DNA of 64,000 bases from NCBI GenBank assembly GCA_948896235.1, contig CAQUUC010000004.1, positions 65,554-129,553 on the forward strand, given 5' to 3'. Source of the DNA: an uncultured Clostridia bacterium. GTDB taxonomy: Bacteria; Bacillota; Clostridia; TANB77; CAG-508. Positions 52,034 to 62,726 of this stretch are shown here, one piece after another. The notes under the pieces were generated by a model that saw only the letters and a program-made list of their open reading frames with translations, ran no database searches and was not told where the DNA came from. The translations under genes were made by a program, and so were the position numbers. Each line of letters opens with the position of its first letter. The stretch's first letter is position 1.

Positions 52034-53386
52034 ATGGCAGTATACAGGTATAGAGCATTAACTCCAAACGGTGTTATTGTTAGTAATAGAATAGAAGATA
52101 ACAACAGAAGTTCTGTAATAAGAAAGCTAAAAAGAAATAACTTAATTCCAATTAGCATTACAGAACAAATTGCAATAACTAAAAAACCAGTAAAAACAAA
52201 CAAAAGAAATATAAAAGACATTGAAGATATTATGAAAAATGTTAATACCTCTAACATTATAAAAAATAGAGAAAAAAACAGAGAAACTTATATACAAAAA
52301 ATCAATAATGCTCTAGCAAAGACTGAAAAAATAACCAAAAGAGATTTAGTTATCTTTACTCAAAATTTTTATTTGCTAAAGAAGGCAAATTTTAATAATA
52401 TTCACGCATTACAGACAATAATTGCCAGTACAGAAAATTATATATTTAAAGGGATACTAGAGGATATATTAGCTGGTGTAGAAGCCGGTGAAAATATGTA
52501 TACTACAATGGAATATTATAGTGATGTATTTCCATATATATATATAAATATGATACGTGTAGGGGAATTATCAGGCTCACTTACCAAATCATTACAACAA
52601 GCAGTGAAATATTTAGACGATACAGCAGATTTAAATAAAAAGTTAAGAAATATTTTAATACCAAACATTATACAATTTGTATTATTAATTGTAATGTTAG
52701 TAGTTGGAACATTATTTGCAATTCCTGCAATTCAAAATGTTTTTGATGCGGTAGGAAGTACAGATAAATTACCAGGAGTAACTTTATGGTTTAAAAATTT
52801 CTTAGATACATTAATTCAATTCTGGTATATACCAACAATAATAATAGTTGGTATTGTAACTGGTATTTTGATGTATATTAGAACACCAAAAGGAAAATAT
52901 AATTTTGACTATTTTAAATATACTATGCCTATATTTGGTGAATTAATATTTTCTTTAGATTTTTCAAGACTTGTAAAGGCAATGCTTTTAAACTTAAATA
53001 ATGGTATGAGAATACAAGAAGCCCTAGAAGTAAGTAAAGGATTATCTAAAAATTATGTTATGCTATCAATAATTGAAACATCAATTAATAATATATTAAT
53101 TGGAGAAAGTTGGATAGAACCCTTTGAAAAATCTGGACTAGCTTCATCAATGATTACAGAGATGTTAAAAATTGGTATGCAAACAGACTTATCTGAAATG
53201 ATGGAAAAGCTAGTAGAATATATGGAAATAGATATTAACAATATAATGGATAAGATTATGCAAGTATTACCACAAGTTGTATATAGTATTGTTGGCGTAG
53301 TTTTAATATTCTTCGTATTAGTAGTACTTGTACCATGCTTACAAGTATATATGGGTACTTTCTTACTATCAGCAGCCGGATATTAA
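52034..53386 (+). CDS. pilC: Type IV pilus inner-membrane platform protein PilC (GspF family)
   Basis: Two T2SSF repeats with 3 TM helices. Start at ATG 52034 with RBS AAAGGAGAAG. Confidence 0.85.
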   Translation: MAVYRYRALTPNGVIVSNRIEDNNRSSVIRKLKRNNLIPISITEQIAITKKPVKTNKRNIKDIEDIMKNVNTSNIIKNREKNRETYIQKINNALAKTEKITKRDLVIFTQNFYLLKKANFNNIHALQTIIASTENYIFKGILEDILAGVEAGENMYTTMEYYSDVFPYIYINMIRVGELSGSLTKSLQQAVKYLDDTADLNKKLRNILIPNIIQFVLLIVMLVVGTLFAIPAIQNVFDAVGSTDKLPGVTLWFKNFLDTLIQFWYIPTIIIVGIVTGILMYIRTPKGKYNFDYFKYTMPIFGELIFSLDFSRLVKAMLLNLNNGMRIQEALEVSKGLSKNYVMLSIIETSINNILIGESWIEPFEKSGLASSMITEMLKIGMQTDLSEMMEKLVEYMEIDINNIMDKIMQVLPQVVYSIVGVVLIFFVLVVLVPCLQVYMGTFLLSAAGY

Positions 53387-53470
53387 TAAAAAATATAAAT
53401 TAAAGCGAAAAGTGACAGTGAAGATAGAATTCATTTAAACTTTTCGTTTTTGTTCTATTAGGAGGAATGT

Positions 53471-54382
53471 ATGAGAATAGGAATAGATATCGGTGGGAGT
53501 CATATTGGAGTTGGACTAGTAGATGAGAACGGAAATATTATAATAAAAAGAGAAAAAGACTTAGTAAAAAAAGAAAATCTAGATATAGAAACTATAATAA
53601 TAGATACAGTAATACAATATATAGATAAAATTATGTTTGAGAAAAGTTTAAATATTAATAAAATTAAATTTATTGGTATTGCTTATCCAGCTTCTTTACG
53701 AAATGGTAAAATTGGAAAATCCACAAATTTGGGATTTGTAGAAGGAGAAAAGATAAAGGAAACTATAAAGCAACATTTTAATATACCAGTATATATTAAA
53801 AATGATGCAAAATGTGCAGCTATTTGTGAAAAAAAGTATGGGAGTTTAAAAGAATATTCAAATTGTGTATTCTTGACAATAGGAACAGGAATTGGTGGAG
53901 CAGCATTTATAAATGATACACTGCTAAGTACAACTCAAAATGACCTATTTAAAATAGGACATATAACTATAAAAAAAGATGGGATAGAATGTAAATGTGG
54001 TAAAAAAGGGTGTTTTGAACAGTATGCATCAATTACGTCATTAAAAAGAGAAGTAAAAGATAAATATAATATTAATGAGGAACTAACAGGAATAAAACTA
54101 TATAAGCTTATTAATGACAATATACAAGACGAAAAGATGAAAAAAATAGAAAAAGAATATATTGAAAATATATGTATAGGACTATCAAATATAATCAAGC
54201 TATTTGAGCCAGAAGCAATATCAATAGGTGGAAGTTTCGCCTATTATGAAAATATATTTTTGGAAGCATTAGAGGAAAAATTGAAACAAAATCAAATGGT
54301 ATCTGGAGATAATTGCCCTAAACTACTAATAGCTACATATAAAAATGATGCAGGTATTATAGGTGCAGCAAATATAGTATAA
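53471..54382 (+). CDS. ROK-family sugar kinase (glucokinase-like)
   Basis: N-terminal GIDIGGSHIGVGLVD ATP-binding motif. ROK zinc motif CKCGKKGCFE. Confidence 0.8.
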   Translation: MRIGIDIGGSHIGVGLVDENGNIIIKREKDLVKKENLDIETIIIDTVIQYIDKIMFEKSLNINKIKFIGIAYPASLRNGKIGKSTNLGFVEGEKIKETIKQHFNIPVYIKNDAKCAAICEKKYGSLKEYSNCVFLTIGTGIGGAAFINDTLLSTTQNDLFKIGHITIKKDGIECKCGKKGCFEQYASITSLKREVKDKYNINEELTGIKLYKLINDNIQDEKMKKIEKEYIENICIGLSNIIKLFEPEAISIGGSFAYYENIFLEALEEKLKQNQMVSGDNCPKLLIATYKNDAGIIGAANIV

Positions 54383-54384
54383 AA

Positions 54385-54428
54385 AAGATAAACACCAGTA
54401 ATTTTTTATTGGTGCTTATCTTTTTTTG
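54385..54428 (+). terminator. Rho-independent terminator
   Basis: AAGATAAACACCA ... TGGTGCTTATCTT hairpin followed by TTTTTT. Confidence 0.55.
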
Positions 54429-54436
54429 TAAAATAA

Positions 54437-54754
54437 TTAGCTAATAAGAAGTTCGAGTTTTGATATTCTCTTATCAAAATCATTATGTTCATATTGATTA
54501 TTATTAGCGATAGAAATTAAAGTGTTTAATCTTTCAGTATGGATATTTAATAAATCTGTATTTTTTAGTAAAATCTTATGGTCATCTTGTTGAAGAGTAT
54601 AAACAGTGTCAACGTCATCTCTTAAGCCTTTAACATTCTTTTGTACAGTTTTAACATCATCTTGTACAGTTTTGACATGATCTTGTACAGTTTTAATATC
54701 ATCTTTCATCTCATCAAGACGATTTAAAATAAGATTTAAAACATCATTTTCCAT
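54437..54754 (-). CDS. Hypothetical coiled-coil protein with tandem VKTVQDxV heptad-like repeats
   Basis: 105 aa ORF. Internal repeats KTVQDHVKTVQDDVKTVQKNVKGLRDDV. Confidence 0.45.
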   Translation of the reverse strand: MENDVLNLILNRLDEMKDDIKTVQDHVKTVQDDVKTVQKNVKGLRDDVDTVYTLQQDDHKILLKNTDLLNIHTERLNTLISIANNNQYEHNDFDKRISKLELLIS

Positions 54755-54885
54755 ACATTTTCACCTCCTATGTTAAAAAATATATATCCCCAATAAACAT
54801 TATTCTTAAATAGGTGCAACAAAGTTTTGCAAAAGCATGTTATCACAATAAGACAATAAAGTCAATAAAAAAGTAAAGATTTTTC

Positions 54886-54914
54886 TTGACTTTTAAAATA
54901 CTTCGTGATAAAAT
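54886..54914 (+). promoter_or_regulatory. Putative sigma-A promoter of the str operon (TTGACT-17-TAAAAT)
   Basis: TTGACT at 54886-54891 and TAAAAT at 54909-54914. A second TGgTAAAAT extended -10 lies about 30 nt downstream. Confidence 0.45.
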
Positions 54915-55010
54915 ATTAAACGTTATGGTAAAATGCTATAAATGGCATTTCCGTAAAGGTTTCATTTTGTAACATAATGAAACAATAAAATTATAGGAGG
55001 TGAAATTTAA

Positions 55011-55424
55011 GTGCCAACAATTAATCAATTAGTAAGAAAAGGAAGAAAAACAGCTAGTACAAAATCAACAGCACCAGCTTTACAACATGGATACAATTCA
55101 AGAAAAAAAGTTGTAACAGATGCTAGAGCACCACAAAAAAGAGGTGTATGTACAGTTGTAAAAACAGTTACTCCAAAGAAACCAAACTCAGCTTTAAGAA
55201 AAGTTGCCAGAGTTAGACTTTCTAATGGATATGAAGTAACATCTTATATTCCTGGTATAGGACACAACTTACAAGAACACAGTGTTGTTTTAATAAGAGG
55301 TGGAAGAGTAAAAGACTTACCTGGTGTTAGATACCATATTATAAGAGGAACATTAGATACAGCTGGAGTTAAGGACAGAATGCAAGCTCGTTCAAAATAC
55401 GGAGCAAAAAGACCTAAAAAATAG
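55011..55424 (+). CDS. rpsL: 30S ribosomal protein S12 (GTG start)
   Basis: [11 protein letters not shown]...[14 protein letters not shown]...[13 protein letters not shown] is the S12 signature. Confidence 0.95.
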   Translation: MPTINQLVRKGRKTASTKSTAPALQHGYNSRKKVVTDARAPQKRGVCTVVKTVTPKKPNSALRKVARVRLSNGYEVTSYIPGIGHNLQEHSVVLIRGGRVKDLPGVRYHIIRGTLDTAGVKDRMQARSKYGAKRPKK

Positions 55425-55581
55425 AATGTTTTTTAGAAAATTAGTGCTCGTATAATACTTACTAAGTTTTAAGGTACTTAAATTTAGAAATATTATATAG
55501 CGCTATACGGAAAAATTTAAATTTTTCAGAGTACCTAGATACTTGGGATATAAGTATCAAAATAATAAGGAGGGAAGAATA
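55425..55581 (+). promoter_or_regulatory. Unusually long (157 nt) structured rpsL-rpsG intercistronic spacer; possible S7 autoregulatory site
   Basis: Long imperfect inverted repeat AAGGTACTTAAATTTAG...ATTTAAATTTTTCAGAGTACCT. By analogy to S7 binding of the str mRNA intercistronic region in E. coli. Confidence 0.3.
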
Positions 55582-56052
55582 GTGCCAAGAAAAGGATATA
55601 TAGCAAAAAGAGATGTTTTACCAGATCCAATATACAATAGCAAAGTTGTTACAAAATTAGTAAACAACATAATGTTAGATGGTAAAAAATCAATTGCTCA
55701 AAACATAGTTTATGATGCATTTGATATCATAAAAGAAAAAGAAGGAAAAAATCCATTAGAAGTTTTTGAAGCTGCACTTGAAAATATTATGCCAGTTTTA
55801 GAAGTTAAAGCAAGAAGAGTTGGTGGTGCAACATACCAAGTACCATTAGAGATTAGACCAGAAAGAAGACAAACTTTAGGTTTAAGATGGCTTGTAACAT
55901 ATGCTAGAAAAAGACATGAAAAAACAATGGCTGAAAAATTAGCAGGAGAAATTACTGACGCAATCACTGGAAATGGTGGAGCATTCAAGAAGAAAGAAGA
56001 AACACATAGAATGGCAGAAGCAAATAAAGCCTTTGCTCATTACAAATGGTAA
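55582..56052 (+). CDS. rpsG: 30S ribosomal protein S7 (GTG start at 55582)
   Basis: [20 protein letters not shown]... is the S7 signature. RBS AAGGAGGGAAG. ORF-track M at 55543 is upstream of the RBS. Confidence 0.95.
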   Translation: MPRKGYIAKRDVLPDPIYNSKVVTKLVNNIMLDGKKSIAQNIVYDAFDIIKEKEGKNPLEVFEAALENIMPVLEVKARRVGGATYQVPLEIRPERRQTLGLRWLVTYARKRHEKTMAEKLAGEITDAITGNGGAFKKKEETHRMAEANKAFAHYKW

Positions 56053-56157
56053 AAGATAGGTTAGAAGTTAGAATTTGAAAGTTTTGGATTAAAGAATTTT
56101 TAAAATCCAACTTCAAATTTTAAACCTAAGACCTCAAAGAAAAAGGAGGAAAATAAG

Positions 56158-58242
56158 TTGGGTAAAAGAGAAGTTTCATTAGAGATGACTAGAAATATAG
56201 GAATTATGGCTCATATTGATGCTGGTAAAACAACAACAACAGAGAGAATACTTTTCTATACAGGTCGTGTTCATAAAATTGGTGAAACCCATGAAGGTGC
56301 AGCAACAATGGACTGGATGGCTCAAGAACAAGAAAGAGGTATCACAATTACATCAGCTGCAACAACAACACATTGGTTAAATCACAGAATTAACATTATC
56401 GATACTCCAGGTCACGTTGACTTTACAGTTGAAGTACAAAGATCATTAAGAGTATTAGATGGTTCCGTAACAGTATTCTGTGCAAAAGGTGGAGTTCAAC
56501 CACAATCAGAAACTGTTTGGAGACAAGCTGATAAATATCATGTTCCAAGAATGGCATATGTAAATAAAATGGATATTACAGGAGCTAACTTCTTAGGATG
56601 TGTTGCTCAAATGAAAGAAAGATTAAATGCAAATGCAGTTCCAGTGCAATTACCAATTGGTGCAGAAGATAACTTCCAAGGAATTGTAGATTTAATCAAA
56701 ATGAGAGCATTCGTTCATAAAGACGATTTAGGTAAAGAAATTGAAGAACAAGATGTTCCAGCTGATATGTTAGAAGAAGCTAAAAAATATAGAGAGCAAA
56801 TGGTAGAAGCAGCAGCTGAACAAGATGATGAATTAATGATGAAATACCTAGATGAAGGGGATTTATCAGAAGAAGAAATAAAAAAAGGACTACGTAAAGG
56901 AACAATTGCAAACAATATCGTTCCAGTATGTTGTGGTTCTTCATATAAAAACAAAGGTGTTCAAGAATTATTAAATGCAATAGTTGATTATATGCCATCT
57001 CCACTAGACATACCACATATTAAAGGTGTAGATTTAGATGGAAATGAAATAGAAGCAAAAACAGGTGATAACGAACCATTTGCATCACTTGCATTTAAAA
57101 TTGCAACAGACCCATTTGTTGGAAAACTTTGTTTCTTTAGAGTTTATTCAGGAACATTACAAGCAGGAACTACTATATTAAACTCAACAAAGGACAAAAA
57201 AGAAAGAATAGGAAGAATATTACAAATGCATGCAAATCATAGAGAAGATATTGAAGAAGTATTTTCAGGTGATATTGCAGCAGCCGTAGGTTTAAAAGAT
57301 ACAGCAACAGGTGATACATTATGTGATCCTGCTCATCCAGTTATTCTAGAATCTATGGAATTCCCAGAACCAGTTATTGATATTGCTATCGAACCTAAAG
57401 ATAAAGTAGCAAGTGAAAAAATGGGAATCGCTCTTGCAAAACTTGCAGAAGAAGATCCTACATTTAAAACATATACAAATCATGAAACAGGTCAAACAAT
57501 TATCGCAGGAATGGGAGAATTACACTTAGACATTATCGTTGATAGATTAAAAAGAGAATTTAAAGTAGAAGCAAATGTTGGTAAACCACAAGTTGCATAC
57601 AAAGAAACTATCCGTGAAGCTGTTAGAGTAGAAGGAAAATTCATTCGTCAATCAGGTGGTCGTGGACAATATGGTCATGTTTGGTTAGAAATGGAACCAT
57701 TAGAGCCAGGATCAGGAATTCAATTTGAGAGCAAAATCGTTGGTGGTGTTGTTCCAAAAGAATATATTAAACCAATTGAAGAAGGAATTCGTGAAGCAGC
57801 AGATAGTGGTATACTTGCAGGATACCCAGTTATCGACTTTAAAGCTACACTTGTTGATGGTTCTTACCATGAAGTTGACTCTTCAGAAATGGCATTCAAG
57901 ATTGCAGGATCTATGGCATTCAAAGAAGGATGTAAAAAAGGTAAAGCTGTAATATTAGAGCCAATTATGAAAGTTGAAGTAACAGTTCCAGAAGAATATA
58001 TGGGAGATGTTATAGGAGATATAAACTCAAGACGTGGAAAAATGGAAGGAATGGAATCAAGAGCTGGTAACCAAATAATTCGTGGATTTATTCCATTATC
58101 AGAGATGTTTGGTTATGCAACAGACTTACGTTCAAAAACACAAGGTAGAGGAACATATGCAATGGAACCATCTCACTATGAAGAAGTTCCAAAATCAGTA
58201 TTAGATGCAATAGTAGCATCACGTGCTAAAAAGGAAGAATAG
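56158..58242 (+). CDS. fusA: Elongation factor G (TTG start)
   Basis: G-domain [24 protein letters not shown]; domains II-V. 694 aa. Confidence 0.95.
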   Translation: MGKREVSLEMTRNIGIMAHIDAGKTTTTERILFYTGRVHKIGETHEGAATMDWMAQEQERGITITSAATTTHWLNHRINIIDTPGHVDFTVEVQRSLRVLDGSVTVFCAKGGVQPQSETVWRQADKYHVPRMAYVNKMDITGANFLGCVAQMKERLNANAVPVQLPIGAEDNFQGIVDLIKMRAFVHKDDLGKEIEEQDVPADMLEEAKKYREQMVEAAAEQDDELMMKYLDEGDLSEEEIKKGLRKGTIANNIVPVCCGSSYKNKGVQELLNAIVDYMPSPLDIPHIKGVDLDGNEIEAKTGDNEPFASLAFKIATDPFVGKLCFFRVYSGTLQAGTTILNSTKDKKERIGRILQMHANHREDIEEVFSGDIAAAVGLKDTATGDTLCDPAHPVILESMEFPEPVIDIAIEPKDKVASEKMGIALAKLAEEDPTFKTYTNHETGQTIIAGMGELHLDIIVDRLKREFKVEANVGKPQVAYKETIREAVRVEGKFIRQSGGRGQYGHVWLEMEPLEPGSGIQFESKIVGGVVPKEYIKPIEEGIREAADSGILAGYPVIDFKATLVDGSYHEVDSSEMAFKIAGSMAFKEGCKKGKAVILEPIMKVEVTVPEEYMGDVIGDINSRRGKMEGMESRAGNQIIRGFIPLSEMFGYATDLRSKTQGRGTYAMEPSHYEEVPKSVLDAIVASRAKKEE

Positions 58243-58384
58243 AACTTAAAAAGTTAATAGTTAAGAGTGAAAAATATACTAAAACTATTGCAAAAATGGA
58301 AAAAGTATTATAAAATACTTATGCAAATTAATAAATTCGTTATTAAATTTTAAAAATAAAATAAAAATAAGGAGGAATTCAAAA

Positions 58385-59587
58385 ATGGCAAAAGCTAAAT
58401 TTGAAAGAACAAAACCACACGTTAATATCGGTACAATTGGTCACGTTGACCACGGAAAAACAACAACAACAGCAGCTATTACAAAATATTTAGGATTATT
58501 AGGAAAAGCTCAATACGCAGCTTATGATCAAATCGATGGAGCACCAGAAGAAAAAGCAAGAGGAATCACAATTAACACAGCTCACGTTGAATATGAAACA
58601 GACAACCGTCACTATGCACACGTTGACTGTCCAGGACACGCTGACTACGTTAAAAACATGATTACAGGTGCTGCACAAATGGATGGTGCAATATTAGTTG
58701 TATCAGCAGCTGATGGACCAATGCCTCAAACAAGAGAGCACATCCTACTTGCAAGACAAGTTGGAGTTAAATATATCGTTGTTTACTTAAATAAATGCGA
58801 TATGGTTGACGATCCAGAATTATTAGAATTAGTTGAAATGGAAGTTAGAGACTTATTATCAAGCTATGATTTCCCAGGAGATGATATTCCAGTTATCAAA
58901 GGATCTTCATTAAAAGTACTAGAATCTACAGCAACAGATCCAAATGCACCAGAATATGCATGCATGAAAGAATTAATGGAAGCAGTTGATAGCTATATAC
59001 CAACACCAGAAAGACCAGTTGATCAACCATTCTTAATGCCAGTTGAAGACGTATTCACAATTACAGGACGTGGAACAGTTGCAACAGGTAGAGTAGAAAG
59101 AGGAATTGTAAAAGTTTCTGATGAAGTTGAAATGGTTGGACTATCTGCAGAAAGAAGAAAAACAGTTGTTACAGGTGTAGAAATGTTTAGAAAACTATTA
59201 GACCAAGCTGAAGCTGGAGATAACATTGGTGTTCTATTAAGAGGTATTGATAGAAAAGATATCGAAAGAGGTCAAGTTCTAGCAAAACCAGGAACAATCA
59301 ATCCACATACAAAATTCAAATCTGAAGTATACGTTCTAACAAAAGAAGAAGGTGGACGTCATACACCATTCTTCAACGGATATAGACCACAATTCTACTT
59401 CAGAACAACAGACGTTACAGGTGTTATCGAATTACCTGCAGGAACAGAAATGGTTATGCCAGGAGATAACATTGCAATGACAATCGAACTTATTACTCCA
59501 ATCGCTATCGAAAAAGGATTAAGATTCGCTATTCGTGAAGGTGGAAGAACAGTAGGTTCAGGAATCGTTTCTGAAATTATTGCTTAA
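58385..59587 (+). CDS. tuf: Elongation factor Tu
   Basis: [21 protein letters not shown]; 400 aa, colinear with EF-Tu. Confidence 0.97.
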   Translation: MAKAKFERTKPHVNIGTIGHVDHGKTTTTAAITKYLGLLGKAQYAAYDQIDGAPEEKARGITINTAHVEYETDNRHYAHVDCPGHADYVKNMITGAAQMDGAILVVSAADGPMPQTREHILLARQVGVKYIVVYLNKCDMVDDPELLELVEMEVRDLLSSYDFPGDDIPVIKGSSLKVLESTATDPNAPEYACMKELMEAVDSYIPTPERPVDQPFLMPVEDVFTITGRGTVATGRVERGIVKVSDEVEMVGLSAERRKTVVTGVEMFRKLLDQAEAGDNIGVLLRGIDRKDIERGQVLAKPGTINPHTKFKSEVYVLTKEEGGRHTPFFNGYRPQFYFRTTDVTGVIELPAGTEMVMPGDNIAMTIELITPIAIEKGLRFAIREGGRTVGSGIVSEIIA

Positions 59588-59611
59588 TTGTAAGCTAAAA
59601 TAGACTTATAG

Positions 59612-59652
59612 CAAGGGTTACAAAAAATTGTAATCTTTGCTATTTTTTTCTT
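59612..59652 (+). terminator. Putative terminator after tuf
   Basis: TAGCAAGGGTTACAA aaaat TGTAATCTTTGCTA imperfect hairpin followed by TTTTTTT. Confidence 0.45.
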
Positions 59653-59748
59653 TCTATACAAACTAGTCAGACATATTGACATTACTGTTACTTAATAATA
59701 AAATAAAAAGAGAAATAAAATTCATAACATATAAAATGGAGAAGAAAT

Positions 59749-61011
59749 ATGAATATAGAAAGAGAAGAAATAATAAAAAAAGCAGAACATTGTTTAGGAT
59801 GTAAAGTAAAAATGTGCCAAAAGGGATGTCCATTAGGAAATGATATTACAGAATTTATTAGATTTGTAAAAGAAGAAAAATATAAAGAAGCATATGAAGT
59901 TTTATCTAATACTACTATATTACAACCTATTTGTGGAAGAATATGTCCACATAAAAGCCAATGTGAAGGAAGTTGTGTAAGAGGAATTAAAGGAGAATCA
60001 GTTAGCATAGGAGATTTAGAAGCATATATAGGAGATTTAGCAATAGAAAATAATTATGAAATTACCAAATTTACTAATGAATTAAAGAATAAAAAAGTTG
60101 CTGTTATTGGTGGAGGTCCAGCAGGACTTTCATGTGCAGCACATCTTGCAAGAAATGGATATAAGGTTACTATATATGAAAAATATGATAAACTTGGGGG
60201 AATATTAAGACACGGAATTCCTGATTTTAGATTAGATAAAAATATATTAGATAAACAAATTGAAAGAATATTAAAATTAGGGATAGAAGTAAAATATAAC
60301 CAGACTCTTGGTAAAAATATTACTATTCAAGAATTAGAAGATGAATATGATGCAGTATTTCTAGCATTTGGTGCAAATATATCTTCTAAAATGGGAATAG
60401 AAGGAGAAGATTTAGAGGGTGTATATGGAGGGAATGAATTGCTAGAAAGTGGTAACCATCCAAATTATACTGGTAAAACAGTTTCAGTAATGGGTGGTGG
60501 AAATGTAGCAATGGATACAGCAAGAACAATAAAAAGGTTAGGCGCAAAAGCTGTCAAGGTAATTTATAGAAGATCAGAAGTATGGATGCCAGCAGAGAGA
60601 AAAGAAATTCAAGATGCAAAACTTGAAGGAATAGAATTTTTATTTCAAAATAATATAGTTAAAGTTATAGGTGATAAAAAAGTAGAAAAAATAGAATGTA
60701 TAAAAACTGAACTTGTAAAAAAAGAAGGGGAAACAAGAGAAGTTCCTATCGATATAGAAGGAAGTAATTACGTAATGGATATGGATTATGTAGTAATGGC
60801 AGTAGGTTCAAAACCTGAAAAAGATATAGTAGAAAACTTAGGACTAGAACTTACTAAAAAAGGAAATATACAAATAGATGAAAATCATAGGACTTCTAAA
60901 GAAAAAATATTTGCAGGTGGAGATTTAAGTGGAGAAAAAGCAACTGTTGCATGGGCATCAAGAGCTGGAAGAGATGCAGCAAATGGAATTATGAGATTTC
61001 TAGAGAAATAA
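59749..61011 (+). CDS. Glutamate synthase small-subunit-like NAD(P)H-dependent FAD/Fe-S oxidoreductase (GltD/PydA family)
   Basis: N-terminal Cys clusters (CLGCKVKMCQKGCP; CGRICPHKSQCEGSC), two dinucleotide-binding motifs (VIGGGPAG; VMGGGNVAMD). Confidence 0.75.
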   Translation: MNIEREEIIKKAEHCLGCKVKMCQKGCPLGNDITEFIRFVKEEKYKEAYEVLSNTTILQPICGRICPHKSQCEGSCVRGIKGESVSIGDLEAYIGDLAIENNYEITKFTNELKNKKVAVIGGGPAGLSCAAHLARNGYKVTIYEKYDKLGGILRHGIPDFRLDKNILDKQIERILKLGIEVKYNQTLGKNITIQELEDEYDAVFLAFGANISSKMGIEGEDLEGVYGGNELLESGNHPNYTGKTVSVMGGGNVAMDTARTIKRLGAKAVKVIYRRSEVWMPAERKEIQDAKLEGIEFLFQNNIVKVIGDKKVEKIECIKTELVKKEGETREVPIDIEGSNYVMDMDYVVMAVGSKPEKDIVENLGLELTKKGNIQIDENHRTSKEKIFAGGDLSGEKATVAWASRAGRDAANGIMRFLEK

Positions 61012-61036
61012 AAAAATGGCGTAAAGCCATTTTTTT
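61010..61036. terminator. Bidirectional terminator
   Basis: AAAAATGGC gtaaa GCCATTTTT. Confidence 0.55.
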
Positions 61037-62120
61037 ATTCTTCTACATATATATTATTACCAATAAATAATCTTTTTATCTTACTAATAAGAATAGAAAA
61101 CAAATTTCGCTTTATAGCGACCAAGGATAATTCTTGGCTATTTTCAAAAGCATAACATTTTCTTTCTAGTTCAGCCATTTTTTGAATGTAATAGTCATTA
61201 AAAAATGTATAATTTGCTGTTGTACCAATTAAATTCTTATAATTATATAATTGTCTTCTATATTTTTCTACTTGCTCTAAATTTACGATTGATTTTAAGT
61301 TACTATCAAAATAGCTAGTCAAAATTAAATTCTGTGTATTAATAAATAATTCACTAATTTTTAAACGTAAATTAGAGATTTCATTTTCTATTTTATTTAT
61401 AACTTTAATTGAAAGATCACTATTACCAAGTTTTGTAACTTCAGCACTTAAAGTATCTTCTAATTCAATAAGTTTATCTAAATTACCTTGAATTTTATAA
61501 AATGCTTTTTCTGAAGTTAAAGAAATGAATTTTCTTTTAAAGCTATCATTACTATATAAAGTACTATTAAATAAAGCATATTCACCTGTAATATAAGCCA
61601 TTTGATTAATTAGATTACATTCCAAGGCATAATAATATGGACTGTTTGTAGGAAATGTTATATCAAAATATTTAACAATATCAGTTTTTTCATTTAAAGC
61701 TTTAGAACTCATAAGTTGTACAGCAGCTTCATTTAGTGCCATACCAGGTAACCTAGAATCTGTGAAATCACAAAGTCCTAAGTGAATAAGATTATGCTTT
61801 GTATCACGAAGTTCTTGTAAATAATGGATACATTCATGTGTAGCATATGAATCTATATTAGAAAAATCTATATCATTACTAAAATAAATTGAAGAATTTC
61901 TATAATAATATTTAGCTTGGGCCATACTATGAGGCATTTTTGCAATATACATATTAAGTCTTGAAAGCCTAATAAACAATTCATTACAATTTAAATTCTG
62001 CTCAGGAAATGCCATTACAAGTTTTGTAGCGACATTTTTTGCAATAGTTATAACACTAAGAGTATCTAGTGGTTTTATTACTTCAATTCCTTCTTTTTTC
62101 AATTCTGTTTTTATACTCAT
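61035..62120 (-). CDS. Hypothetical protein with HExxH zinc-metallopeptidase motif (ATHECIHYLQ) and C-terminal coiled-coil region
   Basis: 361 aa ORF. A single HEXXH. No signal peptide. Family not recognised. Confidence 0.5.
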   Translation of the reverse strand: MSIKTELKKEGIEVIKPLDTLSVITIAKNVATKLVMAFPEQNLNCNELFIRLSRLNMYIAKMPHSMAQAKYYYRNSSIYFSNDIDFSNIDSYATHECIHYLQELRDTKHNLIHLGLCDFTDSRLPGMALNEAAVQLMSSKALNEKTDIVKYFDITFPTNSPYYYALECNLINQMAYITGEYALFNSTLYSNDSFKRKFISLTSEKAFYKIQGNLDKLIELEDTLSAEVTKLGNSDLSIKVINKIENEISNLRLKISELFINTQNLILTSYFDSNLKSIVNLEQVEKYRRQLYNYKNLIGTTANYTFFNDYYIQKMAELERKCYAFENSQELSLVAIKRNLFSILISKIKRLFIGNNIYVEE

Positions 62121-62307
62121 TTAAATTTTCTCCTTAGTAAATTAACAACCAATATTATATAACAAAATCTAACTTAATGTGTTTCTAACGTATTAAACTT
62201 TTGTTACGTTTAAGTTACAAAATACAAATACTGGAAAAAAGTAAATTTATGTGTTATAATATAAGTATAGTAGTTTAAAGTTCATCGAGAAAACAGGAGG
62301 AAAAACA

Positions 62308-62661
62308 ATGACTACATTTCAGTATCAAAATGGCGAGAAACTGGAGAGATTTGCAGACCAATTCTTCGGGGAAAAAGGGGACGTTGAAAAAATCTCAGGA
62401 ATTGGTTCGGTAAAAGTCTACAAGTACTTGTTGGCTTACTGTATATCCTTCAGGAACAGTTTCAACCTTAAGACCTGTGAATGGTTGGAGGAAAAGGCAA
62501 ATATTATCGACTGGGGGATTCAAAACCGGATATTCTTTGAGAAAGCCAAGATGAAAGTAACTGTAAAGGATACCATCTATTTCGAGAATTATATGAAAAT
62601 GATGGAAAAAGATAAGGGCTTTCTCTCAGAATGGTATGCATATTTTGCAGAAGTGGCCTAA
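62308..62661 (+). CDS. Hypothetical 117 aa protein encoded by a GC-rich (about 40% vs about 27%) segment with C/G-ending codons; probably horizontally acquired
   Basis: Marked codon-usage shift (ttc, gac, atc, tac, acc, ctg). Possible helix-hairpin-helix (ISGIGS). Followed by a GC-clamped terminator. Confidence 0.5.
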   Translation: MTTFQYQNGEKLERFADQFFGEKGDVEKISGIGSVKVYKYLLAYCISFRNSFNLKTCEWLEEKANIIDWGIQNRIFFEKAKMKVTVKDTIYFENYMKMMEKDKGFLSEWYAYFAEVA

Positions 62662-62670
62662 GATGAACAA

Positions 62671-62700
62671 GGGCGGAACCAGTATGGTTCCGCCCAAAAA
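62671..62700 (+). terminator. GC-rich rho-independent terminator (GGGCGGAACC agtat GGTTCCGCCC + A/T run)
   Basis: 10 bp perfect GC-rich stem, atypical for this genome. Confidence 0.6.
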
Positions 62701-62726
62701 CTTATATTAATTTAAATTGGATAAAA

